From assembly GCA_015066445.1 (NCBI GenBank), contig SVOK01000006.1:4766-68765 (forward strand): a DNA stretch of 64,000 nt. The letters run 5' to 3'. The position numbers were made by a program, and so were the translations under genes. Origin of the DNA: Oscillospiraceae bacterium (GTDB lineage Bacteria > Bacillota > Clostridia > Oscillospirales > Acutalibacteraceae). Positions 47,726 through 57,056 of the stretch are shown in pieces; the stretch's first letter is position 1; the number at the start of each line of letters is the position of its first letter. The notes under the pieces were generated by a model, which did no database searches, had not been told where the DNA came from, and worked only from the letters and a program-made list of their open reading frames with translations.

Positions 47726-49438
47726 TTATTTTTTGGGGTTGCAACGATCGTAATATTTCTGGAGTTCTGCAACATACTTATTGATGCCCTTAGACTTCAT
47801 TTCGTTGATAAGTGTAGTCCAGTCAGCACCCATATTCTTCTTACCTTGGACAAAATTCCACCATTCACCGCTTACCTGATTCCAGTAAGTGGTATAAAGC
47901 TTTTCAGCGTTAATTTCAGACTGGGTCTTCCAAGTGGTAGGTAAGAACTTCTGCTTGGTTTCCACCATAGTTTTTGCGCACCAGTCATCAATTGCATAAC
48001 GGCGCTCATACATAGGAGATATAACTTCATTTGTAATCTTAGAATCTGCAAGATAGTTACGTGCACGGAGTGACCATTTAGGACCAGCGTCAGGAGAAGC
48101 CTCAGTACCTGTGAATTCATAAGTAGTAGCAGAGGTCTTCTTATAAGCCTTGCCGGGAGTACCGTACTGCTTTAACATATAACCGTCATCAGTGAAGAGG
48201 TAATCCAACCAACGAAGAGCAGCAGTAACGTTCTTACACTTAGAAGAAATATAGAAAGAACCACGGCTTACCTTGGGGTTAACGGTAATAGCCTGTGCAG
48301 GGAATGTACCGTTGTTGCCTGCGGTAGGATATTCAAGAGTCTCATACTCTTTCATAAGATTATCTTCAAGGTTGGGCCAACCATACCAGAAGCAGCCAAC
48401 CTTACCGGTGTTGATAAGGGTCATAAATGCAGCATTGTTACCTGCCCAGTTATTAATTTCCTTCTTGGAAACGAGGTCTTCCTTGTAAACCTTTGCCCAA
48501 TATGTAACAGCGTTCTTCATATTAGAAGTGGTGTACATATTATAAACTTTACCGTTGGTATCAACGTCGATAGAGCTGTTGAAGCCCCAAGGAGCGAAGA
48601 TGAAACCGCCGTTTGACCAAGTTGCAAGAGGGACTTCGTCAGCCTGACCGTTACCGTTGGGGTCGCCGTTCTTGAATGCGTTGAGCATCTCATAGAACTG
48701 ATCCATTGTCTTAGGCTTGGAGAGACCTAACTTCTTGAGCCATGTGGTACGAACGAACCAATAGTGCTGTGCAAAGTTAAAGTCCTCGGTAAGACCTGCT
48801 AAGGAGTACATTTTACCGTCAGCAGATTTCATATTTGTCCAAGCTTCGGGGTTGTCATTATAAGTCTTGTAAATGTTGGGAGCCCACTCTTTAAGAAGAT
48901 CCTTAGTGATCTCAACGAATGCGCCTTCTTTGCTGTACTGAAGCATTTCGCCATCGGTCATACCGGTTGCAAAAATGTCAGGCATATTTCCTGACTGTAA
49001 TGCCAATACCTTTGCACCGTTGATAGCGGATTCACTTGAAATCTGCCATTCAACGTCAATATTGGTCATTTTTTCATACTCAGCATCGAATTCAGAATTA
49101 GCTATATCACCCAAGTCTGCACGGGTTACGCACATAATGGTGAGCTTTTCCTTTTCTTTTACAATGGGGAAGCCTGTTTTATTTGTATTGCTGTTTGCAG
49201 TAGTAGTGCTGCCGCCATTGTTTTTGTCCTTGTCTTTTCCTGTGTCCTTATCCTTACTTGTAGAGTCCTTATCTTCAGAAGAAGCATCAGTATCGCCTTC
49301 TTCTGCTTCACCGTCTACATACTCGTACTCGATTTCCCACTCGATAGACTCATTATCGTCTTTCTTGCCTTTACAGCCTGCGAAAAGAGTAGCAGTAAGA
49401 AGAACAGCCATTAAAAGAGCTAAAATTCTTTTTGTCAT
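47726..49438 (-). CDS. ABC-transporter extracellular solute-binding lipoprotein (large family-1 type)
   Basis: ATG 49438 lies 7 nt after AAAGGTG. Lipobox LFAGC, a ~65-aa acidic linker, then a typical sugar-SBP body (NGDPNGNGQADEVPL, WAP/WGF motifs). Confidence 0.82.
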   Translation of the reverse strand: MTKRILALLMAVLLTATLFAGCKGKKDDNESIEWEIEYEYVDGEAEEGDTDASSEDKDSTSKDKDTGKDKDKNNGGSTTTANSNTNKTGFPIVKEKEKLTIMCVTRADLGDIANSEFDAEYEKMTNIDVEWQISSESAINGAKVLALQSGNMPDIFATGMTDGEMLQYSKEGAFVEITKDLLKEWAPNIYKTYNDNPEAWTNMKSADGKMYSLAGLTEDFNFAQHYWFVRTTWLKKLGLSKPKTMDQFYEMLNAFKNGDPNGNGQADEVPLATWSNGGFIFAPWGFNSSIDVDTNGKVYNMYTTSNMKNAVTYWAKVYKEDLVSKKEINNWAGNNAAFMTLINTGKVGCFWYGWPNLEDNLMKEYETLEYPTAGNNGTFPAQAITVNPKVSRGSFYISSKCKNVTAALRWLDYLFTDDGYMLKQYGTPGKAYKKTSATTYEFTGTEASPDAGPKWSLRARNYLADSKITNEVISPMYERRYAIDDWCAKTMVETKQKFLPTTWKTQSEINAEKLYTTYWNQVSGEWWNFVQGKKNMGADWTTLINEMKSKGINKYVAELQKYYDRCNPKK

Positions 49439-49507
49439 TTCTTTCACCTTTCTTTATTTTAATTATAAACTGCTGATTTTACTCAACAGATAATTACTAA
49501 TTTGTAG

Positions 49508-49529
49508 GGACAGACGTCCTCGGCTGTCC
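49508..49529. repeat. GC-rich hairpin element
   Basis: GGACAG acgtcctcgg CTGTCC, within TTTGTAGGGACAGACGTCCTCGGCTGTCCGTTTGC. Confidence 0.5.
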
Positions 49530-49541
49530 GTTTGCAGCAAA

Positions 49542-50681
49542 TTAATTATATAAGGAGTAATCGTAACGGTAGCTGCTTGCACGCATTTCCTTACCAATTT
49601 CAATTATTCTTCTGCCCCAGTTATTCCACTGGTAACCAAGATTAGGATCAAGCAAGCTTGCTATACCTGTAGGAAAGTCCATCCATGTGTAAAGGTAAAG
49701 ACCACCAGGATTTTTCTGATCAAGAAGAATATCATACATCATATTAAGATGGGTTGTAACAAATGCTTCGTCAGTAGCAGTGCTGAATTTATAAGATGTG
49801 GGGAAGAACCAAACACGAACGTTGTTTCTGCGTCCCATATTAGAAAGCATCAATTCAACCGCATCACGGTACTGCTTTTCATCAAGGTGGCTATACCAGT
49901 CATAACCGATATCGGTAATATAGCCGTATGTATCATAGCTCATAGGAGCAATGGTGAAGCCTGCAGGAGCGGTACCTCTAACCTCATACATTGAAAGGCA
50001 GGCGAAAATACGCTTTTCAGGGAAGTTATCACGAAGCCAGCGTGTAAGAGTCTTGAACTGTTCCTGAGTAACAGCCATACAGATTTCCTCGGTTTCAAAG
50101 CCTGCTAACTGATCCCAAACGCCTGCGTCCTTATAAGCTTTGGCCTGTCTTAAAATGCTATCAGTCCAACCGTCCTTGAATTCGGTGGTATTTCTATTGG
50201 GGAAAGGATTACCGATAAGCCACCAACCAAGACCGTTCTTCTCCTTGAGGGCGCGAAGATCAGCGATATCTTTAATACGATAATATGTAAGGAATTCAGC
50301 TTCCTTTGTGCCGAAAGTATCAGCAAGCAGATTATCCCACTCACCTTGATAGAAGTGGTAGATAGCCATACCCATTTGCTCGTTAAGAGGATTGAAGACT
50401 TTTTCTTCAAGGTCTACCTCATAAAGAGACTTGGGTTTTTCCTCTTCAACTACTTCCTCCTCTTCCTCTTCCTCATACTCGTAATCGTCCTCCTCGGTTT
50501 CTTCCTCAGAAGATGTATCATCAGTTTGAGAAGATGAAGGTTTTTTAACTATTACAACTTTTTTCTTTTTTCTTCTTACAGTTGTTTCGCCGCCCTTACA
50601 AGCGCAAAGACCCAAAACCATAACCATGCTCAAAACGATGCTCACAATAGCGAGTAGAAGTTTTAAACGCTTATTCATCAA
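49542..50681 (-). CDS. membrane-anchored/lipoprotein with charged linker and conserved uncharacterised domain (copy 2)
   Basis: Signal/anchor LLLAIVSIVLSMVMVLGLCAC. Linker RRKKKKVV...EEETEEDDYEYEEEEEEEVVEEE. The domain is homologous to the C-terminus of the dockerin protein (AYKDAGVWDQLAGFETEEI, LSMYEVRG, YGYITDIGYDWY, VRVWFFPTSY). Confidence 0.65.
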   Translation of the reverse strand: MMNKRLKLLLAIVSIVLSMVMVLGLCACKGGETTVRRKKKKVVIVKKPSSSQTDDTSSEEETEEDDYEYEEEEEEEVVEEEKPKSLYEVDLEEKVFNPLNEQMGMAIYHFYQGEWDNLLADTFGTKEAEFLTYYRIKDIADLRALKEKNGLGWWLIGNPFPNRNTTEFKDGWTDSILRQAKAYKDAGVWDQLAGFETEEICMAVTQEQFKTLTRWLRDNFPEKRIFACLSMYEVRGTAPAGFTIAPMSYDTYGYITDIGYDWYSHLDEKQYRDAVELMLSNMGRRNNVRVWFFPTSYKFSTATDEAFVTTHLNMMYDILLDQKNPGGLYLYTWMDFPTGIASLLDPNLGYQWNNWGRRIIEIGKEMRASSYRYDYSLYN

Positions 50682-50983
50682 AAGTCCTCCTTAGCAAAAA
50701 TTATAATTTTTTACGTTATAATTTTATCATTTTTTTATCAAAGTAACAATATCATTATGTTTCAGGTTTTTTGCAAGATGTTGCACGATTATCCGTAAAA
50801 AAACACAAGACTATCGGCGAAATGTCAAAATGTACTAATCAAGTCTGTCGCTTTTTGATAAAATGCACAAAAGGAAGTGTGATTTTATCAATTTTATAAA
50901 GAAAGTCAAGAAAACTGTTATCAACATAAAAACAACCCTTAGTGTCAGTTGTTGCACATAATTTGCTATATGTTGCATGTTGC

Positions 50984-51011
50984 TTGACTTTTTGTGTTTT
51001 TTTGCTATAAT
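50984..51011 (+). promoter_or_regulatory. candidate promoter of AraC gene 51178
   Basis: -35 TTGACT (50984-50989), 16-nt spacer, extended -10 TGcTATAAT (51003-51011). Confidence 0.45.
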
Positions 51012-51177
51012 CATAATTAATCAAAAAACAATTTTGATTGTTTTTGACAAACCATTTTTCTGCCTTTCAATAGTAATGATAGGCACCTGTGATTGCATTA
51101 AGGTTGAAATTTGAAGAATCATCATTTGCCGACACATTATATATTATATATGTGGCATTTTCGGAGGAAATTGTGCT

Positions 51178-52029
51178 ATGTTTATTTTAAAACATTCCAT
51201 AAATACCAGCTTCAATGTTAATACTTCCTTTTTTGTGACTCAATGCGGTTATGAGGACTGCAAGCCCTCTCACAGCTACGGTCCTACAGCAAGGGATTAT
51301 TATTTAGTGCATTTCATCTTTTCAGGTAAAGGCACTCTGGAAATTTACGGAAAGACCCATGAGCTTTCCGCGGGTCAGGGCTTTTTTATCCCTTTAGGCA
51401 CTCCTACCACCTACACCGCCGATGAAAAAGACCCTTGGTTTTACGGCTGGGTTGGCTTTTCCGGCGAGCATTCCAACCAGCAGATAGCCTTAAGAGGTCT
51501 CTCCAATGATAAATTTATTTTCAACTTTGCCGATTGCGATCAGGTTCTCGAGTCTTTAAAGAGACTTGTTGCAAGCTGCGGTAAAGAAGGTAACGGTTTT
51601 ACCGCAATTTCAAAGCTTTTTGAGCTTTTCAGCTTTATAAATCCCGAGCACGATTCTTCGCTTTTACAGTCGGGTGTTATAAACGAGGTTATTCTTGATA
51701 TTGAGAAGAACTACGCTAAAGATGTTTCGGTTGAGGATCTTTCTAAAAGATATAACATCAGCCGAAGTCAGCTTTTCAGACTGTTTAAAACCAAGCTTGA
51801 TATATCTCCTCAGCAGTATATCAAGCATTACCGCATAAATCACGCGGCTGACCTATTACGAAGAACAGACCTTACCATAGGTCAGGTTATGGAACAGTCA
51901 GGCTTTTCAAACATTTCCAATTTTTCCCGTCAATTCAAGTCGGTTTACGGCAGAAGCCCCAAGGATTTTAGAGAATATATTGCTAATCATATCAAATCCT
52001 TAGAGGGCACAAACTCTTCAGAAAATTAA
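51178..52029 (+). CDS. AraC-family transcriptional regulator (cupin sensor + double HTH)
   Basis: C-terminal VEDLSKRYNISRSQLFRLFK and IGQVMEQSGFSNISNFSRQFKSVYGRSP. Confidence 0.85.
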   Translation: MFILKHSINTSFNVNTSFFVTQCGYEDCKPSHSYGPTARDYYLVHFIFSGKGTLEIYGKTHELSAGQGFFIPLGTPTTYTADEKDPWFYGWVGFSGEHSNQQIALRGLSNDKFIFNFADCDQVLESLKRLVASCGKEGNGFTAISKLFELFSFINPEHDSSLLQSGVINEVILDIEKNYAKDVSVEDLSKRYNISRSQLFRLFKTKLDISPQQYIKHYRINHAADLLRRTDLTIGQVMEQSGFSNISNFSRQFKSVYGRSPKDFREYIANHIKSLEGTNSSEN

Positions 52030-52085
52030 TTGTATACTATATGTGTACAAAGGCTTAAGAAGAACAGAAATTCTTGTTTATATTA

Positions 52086-52120
52086 AAAAGGGTAGTAACT
52101 TAACCGTTACTACCCTTTTA
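52086..52120. terminator. bidirectional terminator
   Basis: 13-bp stem AAAGGGTAGTAAC / GTTACTACCCTTT with a 6-nt loop. Confidence 0.75.
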
Positions 52121-52155
52121 AGTTATTATTTCTTATTTTTAGCACCAAGTGTTAA

Positions 52156-53436
52156 TTATCTTTTACCCTCTAAAACTGCGTTCTGATACTCCATATAATC
52201 GTTGTATTGTTTAACAGCAGCTGTTCCGCCGGGCTTAACCCTGGCATCAGGAGTTGTGAAAAAGCCCGAGAACATAAAGTTCATAATTTTTTCAACATAG
52301 GGCCTTACCGTTTCCATCTGTTGAATAAAGCCTTCTTCACCGTCCATTCCGCCGTTTTTATAACGTGGAACAAGCAGACTGATAGCTCCGTTTCCCGCAA
52401 GATTAACATTAGCACCCGTAAAGTTAAACGCCTCGCAGTTTGCCCACAAATGCTTATTACTCTTTTGGCAATAATCAAGCAGCGTGATATTTTGTTGACG
52501 GCTGTCAGCCAATGTAAATCTGTTCTGGCCAACAAAATCCTGCGGCATCATAATATCGAACAAATCGTGCTTTTCGATGTATTCGATAAATTCTTTACCT
52601 GGTTGACAGTATGGTGACATCAAAATAGGCTTTGCAGGAGAAAGCTCTCTTGCCTTCAGGGTGTTGCGATTGAGCTTATCCCAATATTCGGGTCTGAATT
52701 TTTCCATATTAAGTTCGCAGGCAAAATACCAGCCATAGAAGGATTTGTGAGAATGATATCTCTCAAAAAGTTCTTCTAAATCCTCGGGCTCACCGGTTCT
52801 TCCGTAGTTGTTACCAACTCCTATAAAAACATTCTGACCGTTTTTCTCTGCAGCAGATAAAATAGCTTCAATAGGGTCCTTTGCAAGAATATCTGACTTA
52901 GGATATAATTTCGAGCCATCATAGTGGGCAGTAACCTTTAATTTATCAACGTTATAAAGGCGGTCATATTGATGTGAAACCATAATAATTATACCGGTCT
53001 GACGCATATTATGAAGGTCGTTAATATAGTCAGTCCAGTCCTGGTCTAACATCGCTTTAACTTCGGGTGTGTAAGTTATGCAGCATTTTCTGTCATTCGG
53101 TGGTCCCAACATAACAAAGCCGCCATCAAGAAGAACAGGATGTTCCTTTACAACCTCAAATTCAACAATCTCACCGTTTATATCAAGGGTATTTTTTCCG
53201 ATTTTGCCCTTTATATCGGGGAAATACTTAACAAAACCATACTCACCTTTTTTAACAAAAACCTTTTGGTTGAAAGTGACCTCTCCATTAAGGTGAATGC
53301 GAAGCTCCATCTCGCCGTCCTCATCGCCCGTGTTTTTAAACTGAACACGAACTTCGAGTGGATCTCTTTCCTGAATGGGCGAATATGGAAGAAGCTTTAT
53401 ATCAAAATCTTTATCAATCTTAAAACAGGCGCTCAT
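52156..53436 (-). CDS. DUF4434-like putative glycoside-hydrolase-fold protein with N-terminal beta-sandwich
   Basis: ATG 53436 follows GGAAG. The core has the FYGWYFACELN motif that I associate with DUF4434 barrels. No signal peptide. Confidence 0.45.
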   Translation of the reverse strand: MSACFKIDKDFDIKLLPYSPIQERDPLEVRVQFKNTGDEDGEMELRIHLNGEVTFNQKVFVKKGEYGFVKYFPDIKGKIGKNTLDINGEIVEFEVVKEHPVLLDGGFVMLGPPNDRKCCITYTPEVKAMLDQDWTDYINDLHNMRQTGIIIMVSHQYDRLYNVDKLKVTAHYDGSKLYPKSDILAKDPIEAILSAAEKNGQNVFIGVGNNYGRTGEPEDLEELFERYHSHKSFYGWYFACELNMEKFRPEYWDKLNRNTLKARELSPAKPILMSPYCQPGKEFIEYIEKHDLFDIMMPQDFVGQNRFTLADSRQQNITLLDYCQKSNKHLWANCEAFNFTGANVNLAGNGAISLLVPRYKNGGMDGEEGFIQQMETVRPYVEKIMNFMFSGFFTTPDARVKPGGTAAVKQYNDYMEYQNAVLEGKR

Positions 53437-54703
53437 AAAGCTCAACTTCCTTTGGTGTATGAATTTCTCCGTTCCATTGAACGAGAGCTGAATACATAGC
53501 GCTGGGGAATGCTGTTTCGGGTCTGTGCCAGGTTGTCTGAACAATGCCGAGACTACCCTTTCTTCTGCACAATTTAACCATATTTTCGGTTCCCTTTCTG
53601 TTTATAAAGGGAGAATAAACCGTCTGGTATCCGCGTGACTCAAAGAAGTCAACGTCTGCCCAATAATCGCCGATATCGTTATGTGTCCAAACATTGATAA
53701 GAATGTTCTTAGGTAACATATCTGCAATAATGGGGTTGGGCTTCCATGTAAGAGAATCCATAGAAGAATAGAGCATATCGCCCCACATAACCATTCTGGT
53801 GCCCTTTTCCTGGAGATAGGTGTTGAGTCGGCAAATATGATTTGCAAAAAGGATATCCGCAGGCTTTGTTCTGTCCTCTTCGGTTGAACCAAAACCGAAG
53901 CATTTATCACAGGAAGTGTGGAAATAAGGTGGATTTCTGAATGTTTCAAGAAGGTCATCCATAATATCACGCAGATATTCCTGTGTATCAGGATTCTCGG
54001 TTGCAAAGCACCAGCCGCCAGGCACCCACATATCAGAAAGGTCGGGTCTCTGGTCTAAGACAACGTGCTTTCTTGATGCGATTCTGCTCCAACCTGCATG
54101 GCTTGTAAGGTTTTGGCAAGGCAGGGGAGTGATATGTAATTTATCAATAGCAAGGCTGATGATTTCCTCAACTGCTTCTCTTGTATATGCCTTGGGCCAA
54201 GCTGCATAAGGGCGCTTTTTATACGGGAACATACCCCAGAATTCCATAAAGATATAATTGTAGCCGGCAAGGGCTGCCTTTATAATTCTTCTTTTGATAT
54301 CCTCGGGATTAGTATCTTCTTTTTCTGTTCCGTCGTCAGGATTAAATATGCAAAGGTGCATACCACGGAATTTAATATCGGGCTCATCAATGATTTTCAT
54401 ACAAGGAATAGCATCGCCGTGCTTTTCCTTTAAAACTGCGAGCATTTTAAGAGCATTTGAAAGCCCCTCCTCACATTTAACGCAAACAGAAATACCGTCA
54501 TTTGCAATATCGAGAACATAACCGTCTTCCCCGATATCGCAGCAGCATTTCTTCTCCTCGATTTCGAGACTGTCAAATCCGCAAAGCGAAAGAAGATAGG
54601 AATAATCTCTCTCTACGGGAGCGAAATTTGAAACAAGCTTACCGCCGCTAAAAGTGCCTTCTTTAAGTTCGAATTTTTTAGGATTTCTAATCATATTGTT
54701 CAA
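53420..54703 (-). CDS. divergent GH20-like (beta-N-acetylhexosaminidase fold) protein
   Basis: IIDEPDIKFRGMHLC parallels the GH20 catalytic-domain entry motif. NYIFMEFWGMF, ITPLPCQNLTSHAGW, YFHTSCDKC and MVMWGDM parallel successive GH20 beta-strand motifs. No signal peptide. Confidence 0.45.
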   Translation of the reverse strand: MNNMIRNPKKFELKEGTFSGGKLVSNFAPVERDYSYLLSLCGFDSLEIEEKKCCCDIGEDGYVLDIANDGISVCVKCEEGLSNALKMLAVLKEKHGDAIPCMKIIDEPDIKFRGMHLCIFNPDDGTEKEDTNPEDIKRRIIKAALAGYNYIFMEFWGMFPYKKRPYAAWPKAYTREAVEEIISLAIDKLHITPLPCQNLTSHAGWSRIASRKHVVLDQRPDLSDMWVPGGWCFATENPDTQEYLRDIMDDLLETFRNPPYFHTSCDKCFGFGSTEEDRTKPADILFANHICRLNTYLQEKGTRMVMWGDMLYSSMDSLTWKPNPIIADMLPKNILINVWTHNDIGDYWADVDFFESRGYQTVYSPFINRKGTENMVKLCRRKGSLGIVQTTWHRPETAFPSAMYSALVQWNGEIHTPKEVELYERLF

Positions 54704-54709
54704 CCTCTT

Positions 54710-55459
54710 TTATAGCATTTTAATTCTGGGTTTATATTTTTCTAAATATGCCGCATTCTTCTCGTCACCACCGGGTGTGTTTGCGCTTGACCATACAGGT
54801 GGTGTAATTCCTCTGTCGATACACTGCTTAACACACTCGATTTCCAAGAGATGCGCAATATAGAAATCGATTATATTTGATACGGGAGCTATGGGAGTAT
54901 CAAGTCCCGGTACGGTTACTACCGCATCGCCTACGGGGTTGAAATCCTCAATGCAAACGTCTGCATAATCATTAAGATTAGTTTTATTGGGGTGACGGAT
55001 AAAATGGTCAAGCGGCATTTCCTTCTGCCACGCCTCACTCGAAACCGCAATAATCTTAACTCCGTTTTTCTTGGCCTCCATAGCAGCATCAATAGTTGCA
55101 GGATTGATACCTATATTATGGAAAATAATCAGCACATCATCTTTTTTAAGGTCATAATATTTTACGATAGATGCGCCGTAATTAACCGTTCTTTCAAGCT
55201 CCAAATATTTAAGCGCCTGATTAAATACCGAAAGTCCTGTTTCCATTAAAGGATTAATGCAGGAAAGTCCGCCTGCTCTGAAAAACATTTCGCCCACAGG
55301 AAGTGTTGTGTGACCACCGCCGCCGTAAACATTTATAAGGCGGTCATTTTCAATTGCATCTGCCATTAAAGATGCCGCTTTTCTGATGTTTTCACTTTGG
55401 GTGTCATTAACTTTTTTGAAATTTTCCATTAAACTTTCAAAATAGCCAAAATCATTCAT
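54710..55459 (-). CDS. single-domain SIS (phosphosugar-binding/isomerase) protein
   Basis: LINVYGGGGHTTLPVGEMFFRAGGL and VLIIFHNIGINP follow the SIS pattern. Paralogue of 56334-57056. Confidence 0.65.
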   Translation of the reverse strand: MNDFGYFESLMENFKKVNDTQSENIRKAASLMADAIENDRLINVYGGGGHTTLPVGEMFFRAGGLSCINPLMETGLSVFNQALKYLELERTVNYGASIVKYYDLKKDDVLIIFHNIGINPATIDAAMEAKKNGVKIIAVSSEAWQKEMPLDHFIRHPNKTNLNDYADVCIEDFNPVGDAVVTVPGLDTPIAPVSNIIDFYIAHLLEIECVKQCIDRGITPPVWSSANTPGGDEKNAAYLEKYKPRIKML

Positions 55460-55477
55460 TTTTTAGTCCCCTTTCTA

Positions 55478-56323
55478 TTATTCAGATAATAATTTTTCTT
55501 CTATTTCATTTTTTTGAGGTATTGAATTTAAAACATAAGGCTTTGTAACGCTAAGTCCCGATGCTGTAACAGCGTATTTACAAGCGCTTTCTAAATCCAT
55601 TCCATCGGCTAAGCAGACCGCTAAAACGCCGTTAAAGGTATCTCCCGCCCCCGTAGTATCTACAGCTTTAACTTTAAGGGCTGGTATAAAAGTTTCTTCG
55701 TTTACCATACAACCCTTATCCCCCAAAGTTGTAACAACATTTGCAAAACGTTTAGGGTTTATTGCTGTTTTTTCTTGCTCATTAGGGGTTACAATATATA
55801 CATTTTCCGCGATACTGTCGCTGATTTCCCTGATAGGTGCAGGATTAAGTATAACCTTAACATTATGCCTTTTTGCGATTTCCACCGCCGCTTCGTTTAC
55901 TTCATCAGGCACTTCGTGTTGAAGAAGTAAAAAATCGCTGTTTGCAATTTCTTTCTGGAAGGCTAAAACATCCTCTACTTCAAGCTCGGCACCAACATAT
56001 TCTGTAACACGGTTTTCACCGTTTTTATCGGTAAGAATAAAAGCAAAAGTAGTTCTTTTACCCTTTTTAGCAACCAAAAAATCCTTTAAATTGTTTTCCT
56101 TTGCGGTGTTGCGGCATTTTTCGCCATCAGAATCGTCACCTATAGCACCCAAAAAGGAGACTTCCGCTCCCATTCGTGCGCAGGCTATTGCCTGATTAAT
56201 GCCCTTGCCGCCAATTTCTTCAAAGCATTCTTCTGCTACAAGTGTTTCGCCTTTCGAGTGAAAATGGTCTGCATACATAAATACCGAATTTCCGCAAATT
56301 CCTATAACTGCAATTTTAGCCAT
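55478..56323 (-). CDS. PfkB-family sugar kinase (ribokinase-like)
   Basis: GGKGINQAIACARMG (PfkB signature 1) and DTTGAGDTFNGVLA (signature 2). Confidence 0.85.
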   Translation of the reverse strand: MAKIAVIGICGNSVFMYADHFHSKGETLVAEECFEEIGGKGINQAIACARMGAEVSFLGAIGDDSDGEKCRNTAKENNLKDFLVAKKGKRTTFAFILTDKNGENRVTEYVGAELEVEDVLAFQKEIANSDFLLLQHEVPDEVNEAAVEIAKRHNVKVILNPAPIREISDSIAENVYIVTPNEQEKTAINPKRFANVVTTLGDKGCMVNEETFIPALKVKAVDTTGAGDTFNGVLAVCLADGMDLESACKYAVTASGLSVTKPYVLNSIPQKNEIEEKLLSE

Positions 56324-56333
56324 TTTTTATACC

Positions 56334-57056
56334 TCACAGGTGCTTTATGCGTGGCATATATTCTTTAATAAGCGCTTTGTTATAGTCCGCACCGCCCTCG
56401 ATATTGCCGCTCATATAAATAGGTACTTTTTTGCCGCTTTTAGCCGCATTTTCTGCCGCCTCTAACAAAACCGCCTGCAAAATAAAGGAGCTGGCAGCCG
56501 TAGAAACACTGCCCATTTTAACATCTGTACCTGTAATATCCATAACCGCATCGCCGTGGGGCACGCAGTTATCAATATAAATATCGGATATTTCGTATAG
56601 CTTTTCACCCTCGGTTTTATCCTCAAAATAAGCACTAGAGACTACCGATATGTTTTTTATACCGTTTTTAGCAGCCACCTTTGCCATCTCAACCGGAACG
56701 GCATTTTTACCGCTTGTTGATACAACAATAAGGGTATCATTTTCGGTAAGGCAGTATCTTTCAAAAACGCTTTCGGCAATACCGCTCATTTTCTCCATTT
56801 TACTGCTTTTTGCTGCACCGTTATGAAGCATTAAATCGGTATCGAGCATAGCGCTTACATTAACAAGACCGCCTGCTCTGTAAAAACAGTCAAGCCCTAT
56901 TAAATGCGAGTGTCCGCAGCCGAATATGTAAATAATACCGTCGTTTTTTATGGTTTCAGCAACAAGCTCTGCCACCGCCATAATTTTTTCTCCCTGAGTA
57001 TTTTTTACATCCTCAAGAATATCGGTTAATTTCCCATAATACTCTTCAAAAATCAT
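56334..57056 (-). CDS. single-domain SIS (phosphosugar-binding/isomerase) protein
   Basis: IIYIFGCGHSHLIGLDCFYRAGGL and TLIVVSTSGKNAVPVE. Confidence 0.65.
   Translation of the reverse strand: MIFEEYYGKLTDILEDVKNTQGEKIMAVAELVAETIKNDGIIYIFGCGHSHLIGLDCFYRAGGLVNVSAMLDTDLMLHNGAAKSSKMEKMSGIAESVFERYCLTENDTLIVVSTSGKNAVPVEMAKVAAKNGIKNISVVSSAYFEDKTEGEKLYEISDIYIDNCVPHGDAVMDITGTDVKMGSVSTAASSFILQAVLLEAAENAAKSGKKVPIYMSGNIEGGADYNKALIKEYMPRIKHL

Noticed and set aside
53437-53544. The 36-codon N-terminal extension of the DUF4434-like ORF, which overlaps the GH20-like gene by 125 nt.
   Set aside because: The ATG at 53436 is preceded by GGAAG and reduces the overlap to 17 nt. The extension peptide is low-complexity and lies entirely within the upstream gene.
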